This document shows, piece after piece, positions 38,863-51,640 of a DNA stretch of 64,000 nt. The notes beneath the pieces were generated by a model that saw nothing but the letters and a program-made list of their open reading frames with translations, was not told the origin of the DNA and ran no database searches. A program made the position numbers and the translations under genes. The stretch comes from Octopus vulgaris (Eukaryota): the NCBI GenBank assembly GCA_951406725.2, contig OX597819.1:2728001-2792000 (forward strand), read 5' to 3'. The number at the start of each line of letters is the position of its first letter. Within the stretch, counting starts at the first letter, position 1.

Positions 38863-39433
38863 CCCTTTAGCATTCAGATTATTCTGTCAAACATAATGCT
38901 TATTTATTCACATTGTTTTGAATTAACCCTTTCATTACTGTATTTATTTTGAGATGTGTTTCTTTCAATTACTTGGTTATCATTCAGCTAGTGTTTGGAA
39001 CATAAATTGTGACTAAGGTTTGGTGGAAGATTTTAATTCAAAACTTATGAAAACAAGACATTTGTACTCAGAGCCAGAGCCAGTTTGGTAATGAAAGGGT
39101 TAATCATGTATTATCTCGTAGTGTCAAGATTTCGATGCTGTGATTGTTTATTTTTAGAATTACATTGTGGGATAGGTGCAAGAGGCTGGATCAAGCCACT
39201 CTGAGGAACATAAAACAGAATATTTGGGCCAGATATCGCTGGCTTAAATGCTAAAGGGTTAACTCTTTAGCATTCTAAAGGAATTGTGCATTATTTCATA
39301 ACTTCAAGATTTCAACAAGTAGTTGTTTAATTATAGAATGACATTGTAGAGTAGGTATGAGAAGCCAGATATGGCTGGTTTGAACATGGGTTGAATATTT
39401 GGGCCAAATACAGCCAGTTTAAATGCTAAAAGG
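38863..39433. mobile_element. Cluster of TTAA-flanked piggyBac-like MITEs (nested and tandem)
   Basis: TTAA-CCCTTTAGCATT...AATGCTAAAGGG-TTAA (38863-39258). Nested TTAA-CCCTTTCATTAC...GTAATGAAAGGG-TTAA (38927-39099). Tandem copy at 39263-39433. Confidence 0.8.
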
Positions 39434-40214
39434 TTAAATAATAGTAATAAAGCAATTAGATAATGTAACCTACATACCCACAAAACATTTAAGGTGGTAA
39501 TGGCAAGAATGCATTTTAATCAAAGGTCTGTCTGATCAGAACTGACCTGGGTTTAAACAGCTATAATTTTTGCACAAAAAGACAAAAAACTATTGGAAAC
39601 TAGTAACCAGTTTGTGCAGGTTATGTAGCGAGCAGCTTTTGTGTTTAATTATTTCCATTTGTTTATATGTATATATATACATGGACACATGTATATGTTG
39701 TAAATCTATCCCAAGAGGTTTTATTTGTTTATTTGCAGCATTATCTGCATATTTGCTCACCTGGATTCCTCTTATAACCACTCTATACCTTGTAGACTTA
39801 GTCCTAGGCAAAGATTTCATATATATATATAATTTCAATACGGAGCAAATAATTCATGACAAAATAATTTGAGAAGATATCATTGACTCTGTTATTATCT
39901 AGTGTAACATTTTAAAAATGATAGTAACAGAATCAATAATATAGGCGATTGCAGGTCAAAAAGTAGCATTAAATAGCTGAAGTATTAAAATTAATCAAAG
40001 GACATACTAAGTATGTCTACCTGCTGGAAATAACAGTCAAAACTCTTATTTAAATCACCAAAAGACACTGATAATAACTACAAAAATCAACCATTGATTT
40101 TTGTTTGTACTCTGTGTAAGTATGCTCCATTACTATATAAATATCTGTTAATATATAAATATAATATTTAGACATGGATATGGATTGTCTTAAAATTTTC
40201 AGTCTTTGACTTCA

Positions 40215-40278
40215 ACCAATTTACATGTATGTATGTTGATTTCTGTAGATATTACATATGTGTGTGTGTGTGTGTATA

Positions 40279-40314
<36 letters not shown>

Positions 40315-40468
40315 TGTATGTATGTATGTATATATGTATGTATGTATATATGTATGTATGTACATATGTATCTGTGTGTATGTGCATGTGTGTATATATG
40401 TGTGTGTATGTATATATATGCATATGTATATATGTATATATATATATATATATGTACACATATATATG

Positions 40469-40501
<33 letters not shown>

Positions 40502-40572
40502 ATGTGTGTGTGTGTGTGTGTACATATATACATATATGTATACACAAACACATACACTCGCACACATATATA
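40215..40572. repeat. Compound TA/TG/TATG microsatellite
   Basis: Direct inspection. Confidence 0.95.
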
Positions 40573-41150
40573 CATGAGGAGTGTTCATTAAAGATTTTCT
40601 TTGACCCACTTCCTAAGGACTGAGATAAACGAAACTAGGCATAATTATTAGTCCTTCTCTACATAGCCACCAGCAATGGTGACGCCTTCTCCCATCACTT
40701 TATGCAGCTGTGAAAATCTCATCTGTAGTAGTCAGTAGGTTGTGTCTGCAGCCAAGATTACCTAGGAAATAAGTTCATCATCATCCTAAAAATGCATCCC
40801 TCGTCAAAAAAGACTTCATGGTTGGAAAGAGGTGGAAGTCAGATGGTGTGAGGTCAGGAGAGTAAAAGGGATGAGAAAAGAGAGTAAGGGGGTGTGCTTT
40901 CATCTGGGCAACATGTACATTGTGAACTAGAGCATTGTCTTGGAGGAGGCAGACTCCTTTGGTCAGCATTCCAAGCCTCTTTATTTTGATGGCATCCCAC
41001 AATTTATGCTGCAGTGAAGCATATGCCCCATTAATTGTGGTGCCCTTTGCCAGAAAATCCATCATCACTACTCTGTGGAGGTCCCAAAAGACTGTGAGTA
41101 TCATCTTGCCTGATGATCTGCATTCAACTGCCTCCATTATAACACCTTAG
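40573..41150 (-). mobile_element. mariner 3' half
   Basis: ORF 40781-41137 has TVFWD, LLQDNA and YSPDLTPSDFHLF motifs. Confidence 0.88.
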
Positions 41151-43814
41151 TATGCTTCAGCAATCGTAAAAGACAAACAAATATAGGCACGGGGCACACA
41201 GGAAAAATTTTAAATGCAATCTCTGTTTGTTAGAGAAATATTTCATTTTATTCAAAGAAAATAATTCTTTGAATCAAAAAAGCAAACTTTTGAACTCATG
41301 CAGGCATGCAACCAAATTCAAAATGTCGAACATAAATATCCCATATGGATAGCGTATATTTTTTGTCTTTTTGAATTTTTGATTCTTGGACTAGTCTTTA
41401 ATCAAACCGATGGATTTGTTTCGCGCTATGCAGATTTCATTCCGCATAGCAAAGTCTTGTGCATATATCTTGTTTATATTTTGTTTATATATTGACATAT
41501 TCCTTAGAAAAAACCTTCGACTTGGTTTATTTCATTTTATTATATTGTATAGGCTCACTTTAGTATTTAATTTATAGATAATCCAATATAGGGTGTTATA
41601 TTTTGCATGTCTTTCATCTAAATTTTTATTATTATGCACTCAGCAATCTTAAAAAAACAATGTTGTCAGATCCTAGGCATTTTTATGTGAATATGTGTAT
41701 TGGCATGAATATGTATTTGTAAGCATACATCTTTGTATATGTGTGAGCGTATGTTTGTACTTAAGCACATATATACATGAATGTATGTGTATGCATGTAT
41801 CCACTTGGGCTTGTGTGTTTGCGTACTTGTCTCTTGGTCCTTTCAAATAACGGTCATATTCGAGCAATAAACAAAAATGAGCTCAATATAAAATATAAAA
41901 AAATATAAAATTATAAAAGTCGAGGAAAAAACCTTACATCGAATCTTTGGTTAAAATACATATTGTCATTAATAATAAAGGAAATATAATTAATACATAG
42001 AAATTGAAATTAAAATATTAAAATGCATTAAAATATTAAAATGCATTAAAATATTTCACAACAGTACATACTCATACTAAACTATTAATATACATATATA
42101 TACATCAACATACACAGATAGATGTGCGCAGACCACATACATATACAGACATATAAATACAAAACGAAAATATACACACAAATGCATGTACACATATGTA
42201 TACGCAATCTAGCTCCCATGCAAAATCACTGTATCCATACAGACTATAAGCAAAATTCATAGATGGGGAAGGGGCGCTCTTACTTGCAACAGAAAGCTAA
42301 AGACATAAGTGAGGTTTTGTGAGGAGATAGATTCCTCTTAAAAGGAATATCAACATCCAAGCATCCTCCGGTTTTATCATATATAATGATGAAATTTCTG
42401 GAATCCTGCTTTTCCATGGTAGAATTAGTTTCTATTATTTATTACACACCAGTATTATACACATTTTGGAGTTCCAGTATTTTGTATAGATGTTTACTTC
42501 TCACTAACATATGTGGCTATAGTCATAGTAATATATCATAAAGAAAATGGAGAATTTGAACTGATCATAATTAATTTATTTACATTTTGTCAATTATATA
42601 AGCCTACAATCATTTCTATATCAATCTTCATTCAAATTACAATTAAAATTGCATTATGAAATAACGAAGGATAAATATTTCTTCAGGGCAAAAATTGACG
42701 CATCTGTTTTTACATTCTAATAGACTGAGTATTCATCAACAAACTAAAATAGCAACATGCATTTATTTATGTGTGCATGTGCACGTTAGCATGTTTGAAA
42801 CAAAGAAACCATTATAGGTGTGTACATACTTATTTTTCGTTTATCAGTAAGTAAATCTATTTATTTCATTTTAATTTATATTATCAATTGTGAGAACTTG
42901 AATTGATAGTATAATTTTTATCAATTTATTTTGTTGATGTGTTAGTCATAATTTTTGGTATCTAGGGTTAATTTTTATATTTTATTTAATTAATTTAATT
43001 ACATCTATTTGGTCAGGATATTGCTTTTTATACATCATGTAACTGGGCTAGATTTTTCTTTTGTTTTCTGTTATATGGTGGCTGTGTCTTACCTCTCAAG
43101 AATTGAAGGCTTATATAATTGACATTGCTTTGAAGTTTAGTTGAACAAATCAACCCCAATATTTTTTTTGTTTGTTTAAGTATGGTACTTATTCTATCAG
43201 TCTCTTTGCTGAATTGCTAGGTTACAGGGATTTAAACAAATTAACACTGGTTGTCAGACAGTGGTGGAGACAGATACAAAGACAAAGACACATACGTACA
43301 CACGAACACATACGTACACACAAACACACTCGCATAAATACATATATATCATCATCATCATCATTTAACATCCATCTTCTGCATGTGTGTGTGTGTACAC
43401 ATACATATATATATATGACAGGCTTTCTTCAGTTTCCATTTACAATGGATTGTTGTCCAGGGCTATAGTAGAAGATGCTTAGCTGAGGTACCACACAGTG
43501 GGACTGGGGACAAAGACTTCATCATGAATGTTGATATTTTGTTTGTCAATGTTTGAGTGAAGTAGTTCTGATGTTGATATACCATAGGCATATATTATGA
43601 CTGGTCACTCTGTGCTTTCAAAAATTTGTGGAATATAAAAATTTCTTGCCAGAAAAAAACAGTTGAGAGTTGATAACGGGAACAACATCTAGTTATAAAA
43701 TTTTGTCTCAGAATTAATTTCCATAGGAGCCAAGTAAGCATACATAATAAGGCTTTAAACAAACAAAATGGCATGAAAAATATTTTACTTCATAACTTAA
43801 ATCCATAACAATTA

Positions 43815-44077
43815 TGAAGGTGGGTTGAAAAGTTCATAGGCTGACTGTAAAAACACTTGGCTGGGAACCAGTATCGTGGTGATGATGACACCATATCTGC
43901 TGTTGTTGACTTTGTTGATCAACAAGATGGAAGCTTCTTCACCAATGGGATTCAAGCACTGCTTGCCAATGGAAGAAGTGTGTGGACCACAAGGATGACT
44001 ATGTTGAAAAATAAACCTCATTTGGTTACATTCCATAAGAGTCTTGGTCAACCTGTGAACTTTTCAGTGAACCCTCA
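43815..44077 (+). mobile_element. Internally deleted mariner (MITE-like), TA TSD
   Basis: TIRs TGAAGGTGGGTTGAAAAGTTCATAGGCTGAC / GTCAACCTGTGAACTTTTCAGTGAACCCTCA. Contains the transposase C-terminus (FFTNGIQAL). Confidence 0.8.
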
Positions 44078-44142
44078 TAAATAAACAAGAATTACATATA
44101 ATACATAGCTTAAATTCATATATATGTATATATACATATATT

Positions 44143-44842
44143 TCATCATCATCATCATCATTTAACGTCCATTTTTCCATGCTAGCATGGGTTGGACGGT
44201 TCAACCAGGGCCTGGGAGGCCAGGAGGCTGCACCAGGCTCCAGTCTGATCTGGCAGTGTTTCTACAGCTGGATGCCCTTCCTAACGCCAACCACTCTGTA
44301 AGTGTAGTGGGTGCTTTTTACGTGCCACCGGCACAGATGCTAGACAAGGCTGGCAATGGCCACAATTGGTTGGTGCTTTTTACGTGCTACCAGCACGGAA
44401 GCCAGTCAAAGTGGTGCTGGCATTGGCCACATACGGGTGGTACTTTTTACATGCCACTGGCACAGGTATCACAACTACAATTTCCATTTCATTTTTTGAT
44501 GATGATGTACTTGACTCAATAGGTCTCCTTATGTACAGCAGGTCACCCTGCAATCCAAGGTAAGTACAGCAGGCCGTCCTTCAATCCAAGGCTCTTTAGA
44601 TGGGCTGGGGTTTCTATGTGAAGCAGGTGCAGGGAACAGCCATGAACTCACGTTATTTGTTGGGTCTTTGCAGTCACAGCATATCTCCAGAGGTCTCGGT
44701 CTTTCGTCATTGCCTCTCTGAGACTCAACGTTCAAAGGTCATACTTGACCACCTCATCCCATGTCTTCTTGGGTTTACCTCTACCCCGGATTCCTTCAAC
44801 TGTTTGGGTGTGGCACTTCTTCACACATTTCTCCTCATCCAA
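44143..44842 (-). mobile_element. RTE LINE 3' end
   Basis: The minus strand encodes GRGKPKKTWDEVVK...DRDLWR (RTE C-terminus), followed by 3' UTR and a (GAT)n tail. Confidence 0.85.
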
Positions 44843-45144
44843 GGTAAGCAGAGTTAGCAGTTATAGGAACTGACTAATGGATAAAATATCCATATTTACT
44901 ATCAGTATTAGTTACCTTTGTTATCTCTGGGCATGTGTATGAGGACACACTATGCTCGTTGGGTACAGGTAACAACAGAATAAACAAAAGTTTATCAGGA
45001 ATCAAATTTAAATAATCAGAAAATGGAGAAAACTTCAGATCAACAAACAAATCAATTGGACCACATCTGGAGATTATTTTTTAATATAAAACATGACATA
45101 GCAGTTACGTGGCAGAACAGTTTTTATGGCCACTTCCATTTCCA

Positions 45145-45630
45145 ATGTCAGTCAGTGACTACGAAAGAATTGCGAAAATAATATTCTTCAGCTTCATTGG
45201 ATATTTGAACTAGTACATGGAGCATCATCAGAATGAATACAAAAGCGTCCAAAAAAAAGTAAACAAAGGGAAGAGGGAATAGGAAAGAAAACAATGGCCT
45301 AGAGAAGAAACCAGGAAGCCTAATATATTAAAATCATACCATCTTCCATCACAGGGCTTTGAAGTCAGTAGGCAAAAGACTCTTTTGCCTATTTTGACTC
45401 TTTTGCCTACTGACTTCAAAGCCCTATGATGGAAGATGGTATGATTTTAATATATTAGGCTTCCTGGTTTCTTCTCTAGGCCATTGTTTTCTTTCCTATT
45501 CCCTCTTCCCTTTGTTTACTTTTTTGGACGCTTTTGTAGTCATTCTGATAATGCTCCATGTATTAGTTCGAATAGCCTATGAAGATGAAGAATATTCTTT
45601 TTGAAATTCTTCATAGGCACTGAGTGACAT
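45145..45630. mobile_element. Fold-back element, about 235-bp arms
   Basis: Inverted arms 45145-45379 and 45399-45630. Outward-facing CTGATGA at 45225-45231 (-). Confidence 0.8.
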
Positions 45631-45714
45631 ATATATATATATTCAGGATTAAATAAAAAGTCAACAGAAAATATAACATACCTGTGTATGTATGTATATA
45701 TGTATGTGTGTGTG

Positions 45715-45962
45715 TGGAGGTGTGTGGCTTAGTGGTTAGGGTGTCAGCATCATGATCATAAGATTGTGGTTTTGATTCCTGGACCGGCAATGCGTTGTGT
45801 TCTTGAGCAAAACACTTCATTTCACGTTGCTCCAGTCCACTCAGCTGGAAAAAATGAGCAACGCTGTGATGGACTGGCGTCCCGTCCAGCTGGGGAACAC
45901 ATACGCCATAGAAACTGGGAAACTGGGCCCATGAGCCTGGCTAGGCTTTAAAAAGGGCGCAT
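45715..45962 (+). mobile_element. Third tRNA-derived SINE family (second copy about 53180-53430)
   Basis: A box TGGCTTAGTGG, B-box-like GTTTTGATTCC, and GTGTTCTTGAGCAAAACACTT domain. Confidence 0.8.
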
Positions 45963-46002
45963 TTATTTTTTATATATATGTATGTATATGTGTATATATA
46001 TA

Positions 46003-46051
<49 letters not shown>

Positions 46052-46060
<9 letters not shown>

Positions 46061-46560
46061 TAAATTAGAGACAAAACCACTATTAGGTAAATCATACAAT
46101 GAAAAACTTAAGCCAATACATAAGATTATTTAATTTATATTATTTAAATATATAACAAAATTATTAAAAAAATATAATTAATATATCACTACGATCGTTT
46201 CATGGCTGTTAATTTCTTTAAATTTTCGAGTTACAGTCATTCATCAGGTGGTTTAAATATTTATCTTGGCGAGGTTTAAATATTTAAACCACCTGATGAA
46301 TGACTGTAACTCGAAAATTTAAAGAAATTAACAGCCATCGTAGTGATATATTAATTATATTTTTTTAATAATTTTGTTATATATTTAAATAATATAAATT
46401 AAATAATCTTATGTATTGGCTTAAGTTTTTCATTGTATGATTTACCTAATAGTGGTTTTGTCTCTAATTTAATATAATATAATATTTTACTATAAAATTG
46501 GATTCAATCCTAAATCTGATTTTTCCTTGTAAGTTTGGATTTATTCCCTAATATTTATTA
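46052..46560. mobile_element. Fold-back element with hammerhead motif, inserted in (TA)n
   Basis: Arms 46052-46263 and 46277-46481, plus an unpaired extension to 46560. Confidence 0.85.
46187..46250 (-). ncRNA. Type I hammerhead ribozyme motif
   Basis: CAC-CTGATGA-ATGACTGT...ACAGCCAT-GAAAC-GATC-GTA-GTG. Stem III ACGATCGT is palindromic. Confidence 0.8.
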
Positions 46561-46571
46561 TATATATATAT

Positions 46572-46620
<49 letters not shown>

Positions 46621-46800
46621 AACTTGCCAAGAATGGGACCAAAACATGACAAAACAGTAAACAGAATAAACACTTAGGGCCACACAAAGGCAACAATTAA
46701 AATGATAATAATACATATACAGCAATAAAACGCTTGCATTGTCTTTTTATTTAATCCTGAACATATTATTTATGTAATGCATGCACTCATTAATTCTTTA

Positions 46801-46886
<86 letters not shown>

Positions 46887-47109
46887 AAGTTAATCCAAAC
46901 AAGAAAGCACAAAAAAAACACAACGCGAGGATGTGGAACAAATACAGTATTATTGGATGCTCAGGAAAGAAGGTGGGTTTAACGTTTCGAGCGGAGCTCT
47001 TTGTCGGAAACATAGGAGAAGGAAAGATCCAGAGAAGGGAAGACAGAGGAAAAAAAAAGCGCCAATGGTACACACGAGGTCACATTATGTATATATATAT
47101 ATATATATA

Positions 47110-47516
47110 CTTTATTTTAAGCAGCAGAAAATTCAACAAAATCTGTTACTCTGAGTTTCTCGTTGCCGTTCATCAGACAGTTTTTGCTAGAATGGAACTT
47201 ATATATTAATTCAATCTATAATCTTACAAACGCTACACCTTTAAAAAGAAATGGACTTGTTTGATTGGCCCTTTAGAAAAAACGGTCCAATCTAACAAGT
47301 CCATTTCTTTTTAAAGGTGTAGCGTTTGTAAGAGTATAGATTGAATTGATATATAAGTTCCATTCTAGCAAAAACTGTCTGATGAACGGCAACGAGAAAC
47401 TCAGAGTAACAGATTTTGTTGAATTTTCTGCTGCTTTAAATAAAGCATATTACTCTACCACTGGTATTTGAGTACTCTTTTTTCCACCTTGTTTCACATT
47501 TATGTGTTTACTACGG
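47110..47516. mobile_element. Fold-back element with hammerhead motifs, inserted in (TA)n
   Basis: Arms about 47111-47270 and 47284-47445, plus an extension to 47516. Confidence 0.85.
47371..47417 (+). ncRNA. Minimal type I hammerhead ribozyme motif
   Basis: CTGT-CTGATGA-A-CG(GCAA)CG-A-GAAAC-TCAGA-GTA-ACAG. An identical mirror copy lies at 47138-47184 (-). Confidence 0.75.
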
Positions 47517-48319
47517 TATATATATATATATATATATACACATAATGTGACCTCGTGTGTATATATATATATGAATTTAAGCTATTATTGTGCGACTCTT
47601 AACTCTTTCCTCCTCCTCTTCTTTTTTTTGTCTTTCTTTCCTTACTTGCCTCCCTTGTACTTTACTTTCTACCTTATTTACCTCCTTTCCTTCTCTCTCT
47701 TATTCTACTGCCTCTCTCTTTTCTTCTCTCCTTTCCTCTCTTATTTTTCTTCCTCTCTCTTATTCTTCTGTCTCTTTGCCTTTTCTTTCTCTCTCCATGT
47801 CCCTCCCCTTCCTCTCTCATTCCACCCTCTTCCATTCTTCCTCTCTCCTACCACATGGCCAGTGCCCAGTCAAGGCACATCGTTCTTTTTCAGTCTACCG
47901 CTGACCAAACTACGCATGTATGTCTATTGTCTATTAAGGTGCTTTTTCCAGTTCTTCTTTGCGCTACCTTACTGCTCAGTTTAGCTGAAAGTCTCTTTCT
48001 GATAGTATTACATAGGTATAATTATTCTTTTTGCCATTGTATAGCCAAAAGGTATTTTCTTTGAAATTGTACCATTCCTTGCCTGTTATATTTTTGTCAT
48101 TATCTCTTGTAGTATGTTATTTTGTTCTGTACTTGTATACATTTGTCAGCTTTTTCCTGAAGCTCAATGCTCCAGCACCTCCAGGGTAACAGTGCTCTTG
48201 GTTTTAAAGTGCACAAAACAATGAAGACATCTCAGAAACCATCTGATGAGAAAAATCCACTGTGAATGTTCCATGTATCACATATTTGTCTCCTTTTTCC
48301 ATCTCTTTTACTCTTTTAA

Positions 48320-48528
48320 TATTTTTACTTCTTTCAGTCATGTGACTACGGCCATGCTGGAGCACCGCCTTTAGTCGATCAAATTGACCTCAGGACTTAT
48401 TCTTTGTAAGCCTAGTACTTATTCTATCGGACTCTTTTGCTGAACCACTAAGTTATGGGGATGTAAACACACCAGCTATGTTTGTCAAGCTATGTTTGGG
48501 AGACAAACACAGACACACAAACATATAC

Positions 48529-48601
<73 letters not shown>

Positions 48602-48773
48602 CATATATACGACAGGCTTCTTTCAGTTTCTGTCTACCAAATCCACTCACAAGGCTTTGGTCGGCCTGAAGCTATAGTAGAAAACACTTGCCCAAGGTGC
48701 CACGCAGTGGGACTGAACCCGGAACCATGTGGTTCGTAAGCAAGCTACTTACCACACAGCCACTCCTATGCCT
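48320..48773 (-). mobile_element. tRNA-derived SINE copy
   Basis: Near-identical to 20291-20759. Confidence 0.9.
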
Positions 48774-49049
48774 ATTTTTTTTTTTGCTGTCCATTATGTT
48801 TTTGACCAGTTTTCGTCTAGTTTTCCCTTCATTGTGTTCTTTTTGTTTAACCTTTGGAATATATATGAATGAATTTTCCCTCTAACATGTAAAACAGGCA
48901 CATTGGTAATACCATAAAAGAGTTCAAGTTTAAAAGCACTGCATCTGCGTTAAGAGTTTTTTCAAGATGCTGAAGAATTTTGGTTGTTAGAAAGAAAGAT
49001 AATGTTGACCAAAAAAACAAAACACTGGCATATTTAAAAGTTTACTTCT

Positions 49050-49360
49050 GTTGTTATGGTTGTTTTGTTGTTAATGCTGTTGTTGTTGTGAGGTGGGGGT
49101 TCAGCGTTGTCGTTACCATTGTCATTGTCATTCTGTGGATGGTACTGGTTGTGGTGGAGCGGTTGTATTGGTGGTCATGGTGGTAGTCATCATGACAGTG
49201 GTTGTGGTGATGGTTGTGGTGGTAGTCATGGTGCTGGTCGTGGTCATCATGATGGCAGTGGTGGTCATGGTGGTGGTTGTGGTGGTTGTCATCGTGATCA
49301 TCATGGTAGTGGTGATGATAGTTTTGATGATGATGATGATGTTGTTCATCATCAATGTCC
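49050..49360. repeat. Degenerate (GGT/GAT)n trinucleotide repeat
   Basis: Direct inspection. A similar (GGT)n/(GCT)n tract lies at 49826-49975. Confidence 0.85.
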
Positions 49361-51379
49361 ATAAAGATGTTCAGATTTTAGTGCAAAATCTTCTTAGATA
49401 AAAAAAACCACCAAGAAAAATAATTTCTTTCATTTAGACAGAAAACTACAAAAATGAAAACTCGTGGTTATATCTTGGCCATGATTGTCGGTTGTTTTAC
49501 TTGTCAGTCTAGCAGCTGAATAATATTTTAAATTTTAACATTAGCACAAGGCCATTTATTTTAAAGGAGAATATAGTCAATTAAATCAACCCCAGGACTT
49601 GACTGATGTTTTATCGACCCCAATGGATGAAAGGCAAAGATAACCTTGGTTGTATTTGTAAAAGGCAGTATCAAAACAGTGTGGAGTGTTTTGTCCAATG
49701 TTCTAATAATTCTTCCAATCCAACTACCTTTAGTAATATTAATAACGCAGCTCATGGATGATTAGTTGCAGCTGTTTATACTGATGAGAATATACTTTGT
49801 AGCTATGATAAAGCAGCAATGAAACTGGTAGTGGTGGTGGTGGTGGTGGTGGTGGTGGTGGTGGTGGTGGTTGTGGTGGGGGTGATGGTGCATCTGCAAT
49901 TGCTGCTTCTGCTACTGCTGCTGTCTGTGCTGCTGCTTCTGCTGTTGCTACTGCTGCTATTGCTGCTGCTGTCATGGTAACATTGCATAATGTGAAAAGG
50001 AGGAAAATGATATATTACAAAAGTATTCCTATATTTGGGGTGTGTTTCATTATATAAATATGTTTGTTGATAAATAAGGTTTTGACATTGAACGTAAAAA
50101 ACAGTTCAGAATGTTCTGTTAATATTTGCAAAAAGTATTACAATGTGAATTTGTGGATAGAGACACTCTTCTTAAATATCGTTTTTGAGGCATGAAGTCT
50201 ATAGCTAAATTAAAATTTCATTGTCATTAGATCTACATAACCATTCTTGAGTTGAATAGAACACATTCTGAAGCAGTTCTACAGAGCTTATTCTGGTTTC
50301 TGTAGTGTTTAATCCTGTAACTGCAAAATTAAATTTCATAGTTATTCCAGTAGTGATGTTAAATATCTAACAGAAAACAGAATTGGTATTTTCTGCAAGT
50401 CATGTTACCTCAAAAAAAAAAATAATAATAATAGATTCAAACATGACATTCTTCAACAAAAGATAGATTTTAAAATAAAACTTTCTGCAGTTAAAGCTAG
50501 TGAAATTTTGAGTGGATATATCTGATTTCCACAGTAAAAAGTGTTAAGTAAACAAAAAGACAAGACTCTTCCTTGGTTAGCCAGTCTTCCACAGGCTAAC
50601 CATCATCCCACTCTCTGCCAATACATCTGCTACTCATTTTTAGCCAAGTAAAATAAAACAATGTGAAATGAAATGATTTATTCAAGGACTCCAAGTGTCA
50701 TATTTCAAAATATCTTTGAGTAAAAACCACTTGGCTCCCAAAAAATAGCTCTTGTTCTCCTTCCCTTACTCTGAATTAGGCCCATTTAAAACAATATTAG
50801 TAATTTGCAGTACATGATGTAAGAAAACTAGTAAAATTCAAAGGTAACTAAATGGTTATTTTTTCTTATTAACAGTAATAAGTTATATAAACCTTTATTT
50901 TCTCAAATTTTAATGAGACAGACGTATTTAGTACACGGGTATTCAGATAAGAAGTTATTCAAGAATATCATATCTCTCATGTGTTTCTGATATTTCACTG
51001 TTTGTTTCTGCAAAGAAAACTCTTGATATATTTTGATCTTAAGATTTAACTCAATATCATTTTATCATATCAATTCTTCTATTGTTCCAATATCCTCAAT
51101 ACAAATTGCAAGAAATATATTTATTACCCAGTATGAAACTGGCACCATATTAAGTCCTAAGACTTGTCACATAATTTTCCCCATGTATGCAAAACACACT
51201 TGAAGAGGATCCTCTGGCAGTTCCAGGGAATTGCAGTTCTAGTAAAGAAAGATAGGAAAAAACATGATAGAGAAGTTATGAGGAAATGATAAGTGAAACA
51301 AATACAGACAAATGACCTGACTTTGAGGAAATCCATACCTTCCCTTGAAATTTGATTTCATTGAACTTTAAAATAATTC

Positions 51380-51640
51380 TACAAATGAGAAATATCATGC
51401 CAGGTATATTTCTTGTGGTTTACCTGAGGAGAGCATTAAAGTCCTTCTTTCAATTGTGAAAAGTGAATAAAAGTATCTCAGACAGTTTTCCCTTAGAAAC
51501 CACCTGATTTCAATGTGCTGCAACAAGTATCCGAAATCTTTCTTCTCAATTTAAAGCTGTCAAAAATATTCAATAACTAAATGCATCTAACAATTTTAAA
51601 CTTAACAAAAAAAAACATACTCCCAGAAAAAGGAGTACAT
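51380..51640 (-). mobile_element. hAT (Charlie/Buster-like) transposase fossil
   Basis: The minus strand reads DFGYLLQHIEIRWFLRENCLRYFYSL, matching the L.HTEVRWLSRG.CL.RF motif. Confidence 0.6.

Noticed and set aside
40199-40623. YI/HT/CV-rich ORFs here and at other microsatellites
   Set aside because: They are translations of (TA)n, (CA)n and (GATA)n tracts.
45225-45630. Complete hammerhead in the 45145 fold-back
   Set aside because: CTGATGA and a long hairpin are present, but no GAAA-stem III-NUH could be located.
48240-48275. CTGATGAG as a hammerhead core
   Set aside because: There is no stem II or downstream GAAA.
48980-49988. His-, Gly-, Pro- and Ala-rich ORFs
   Set aside because: They are trinucleotide microsatellites open in several frames with no splice or domain support.
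51127-51238. Minus-strand exon with good splice sites
   Set aside because: There are stops in all three frames before the donor.
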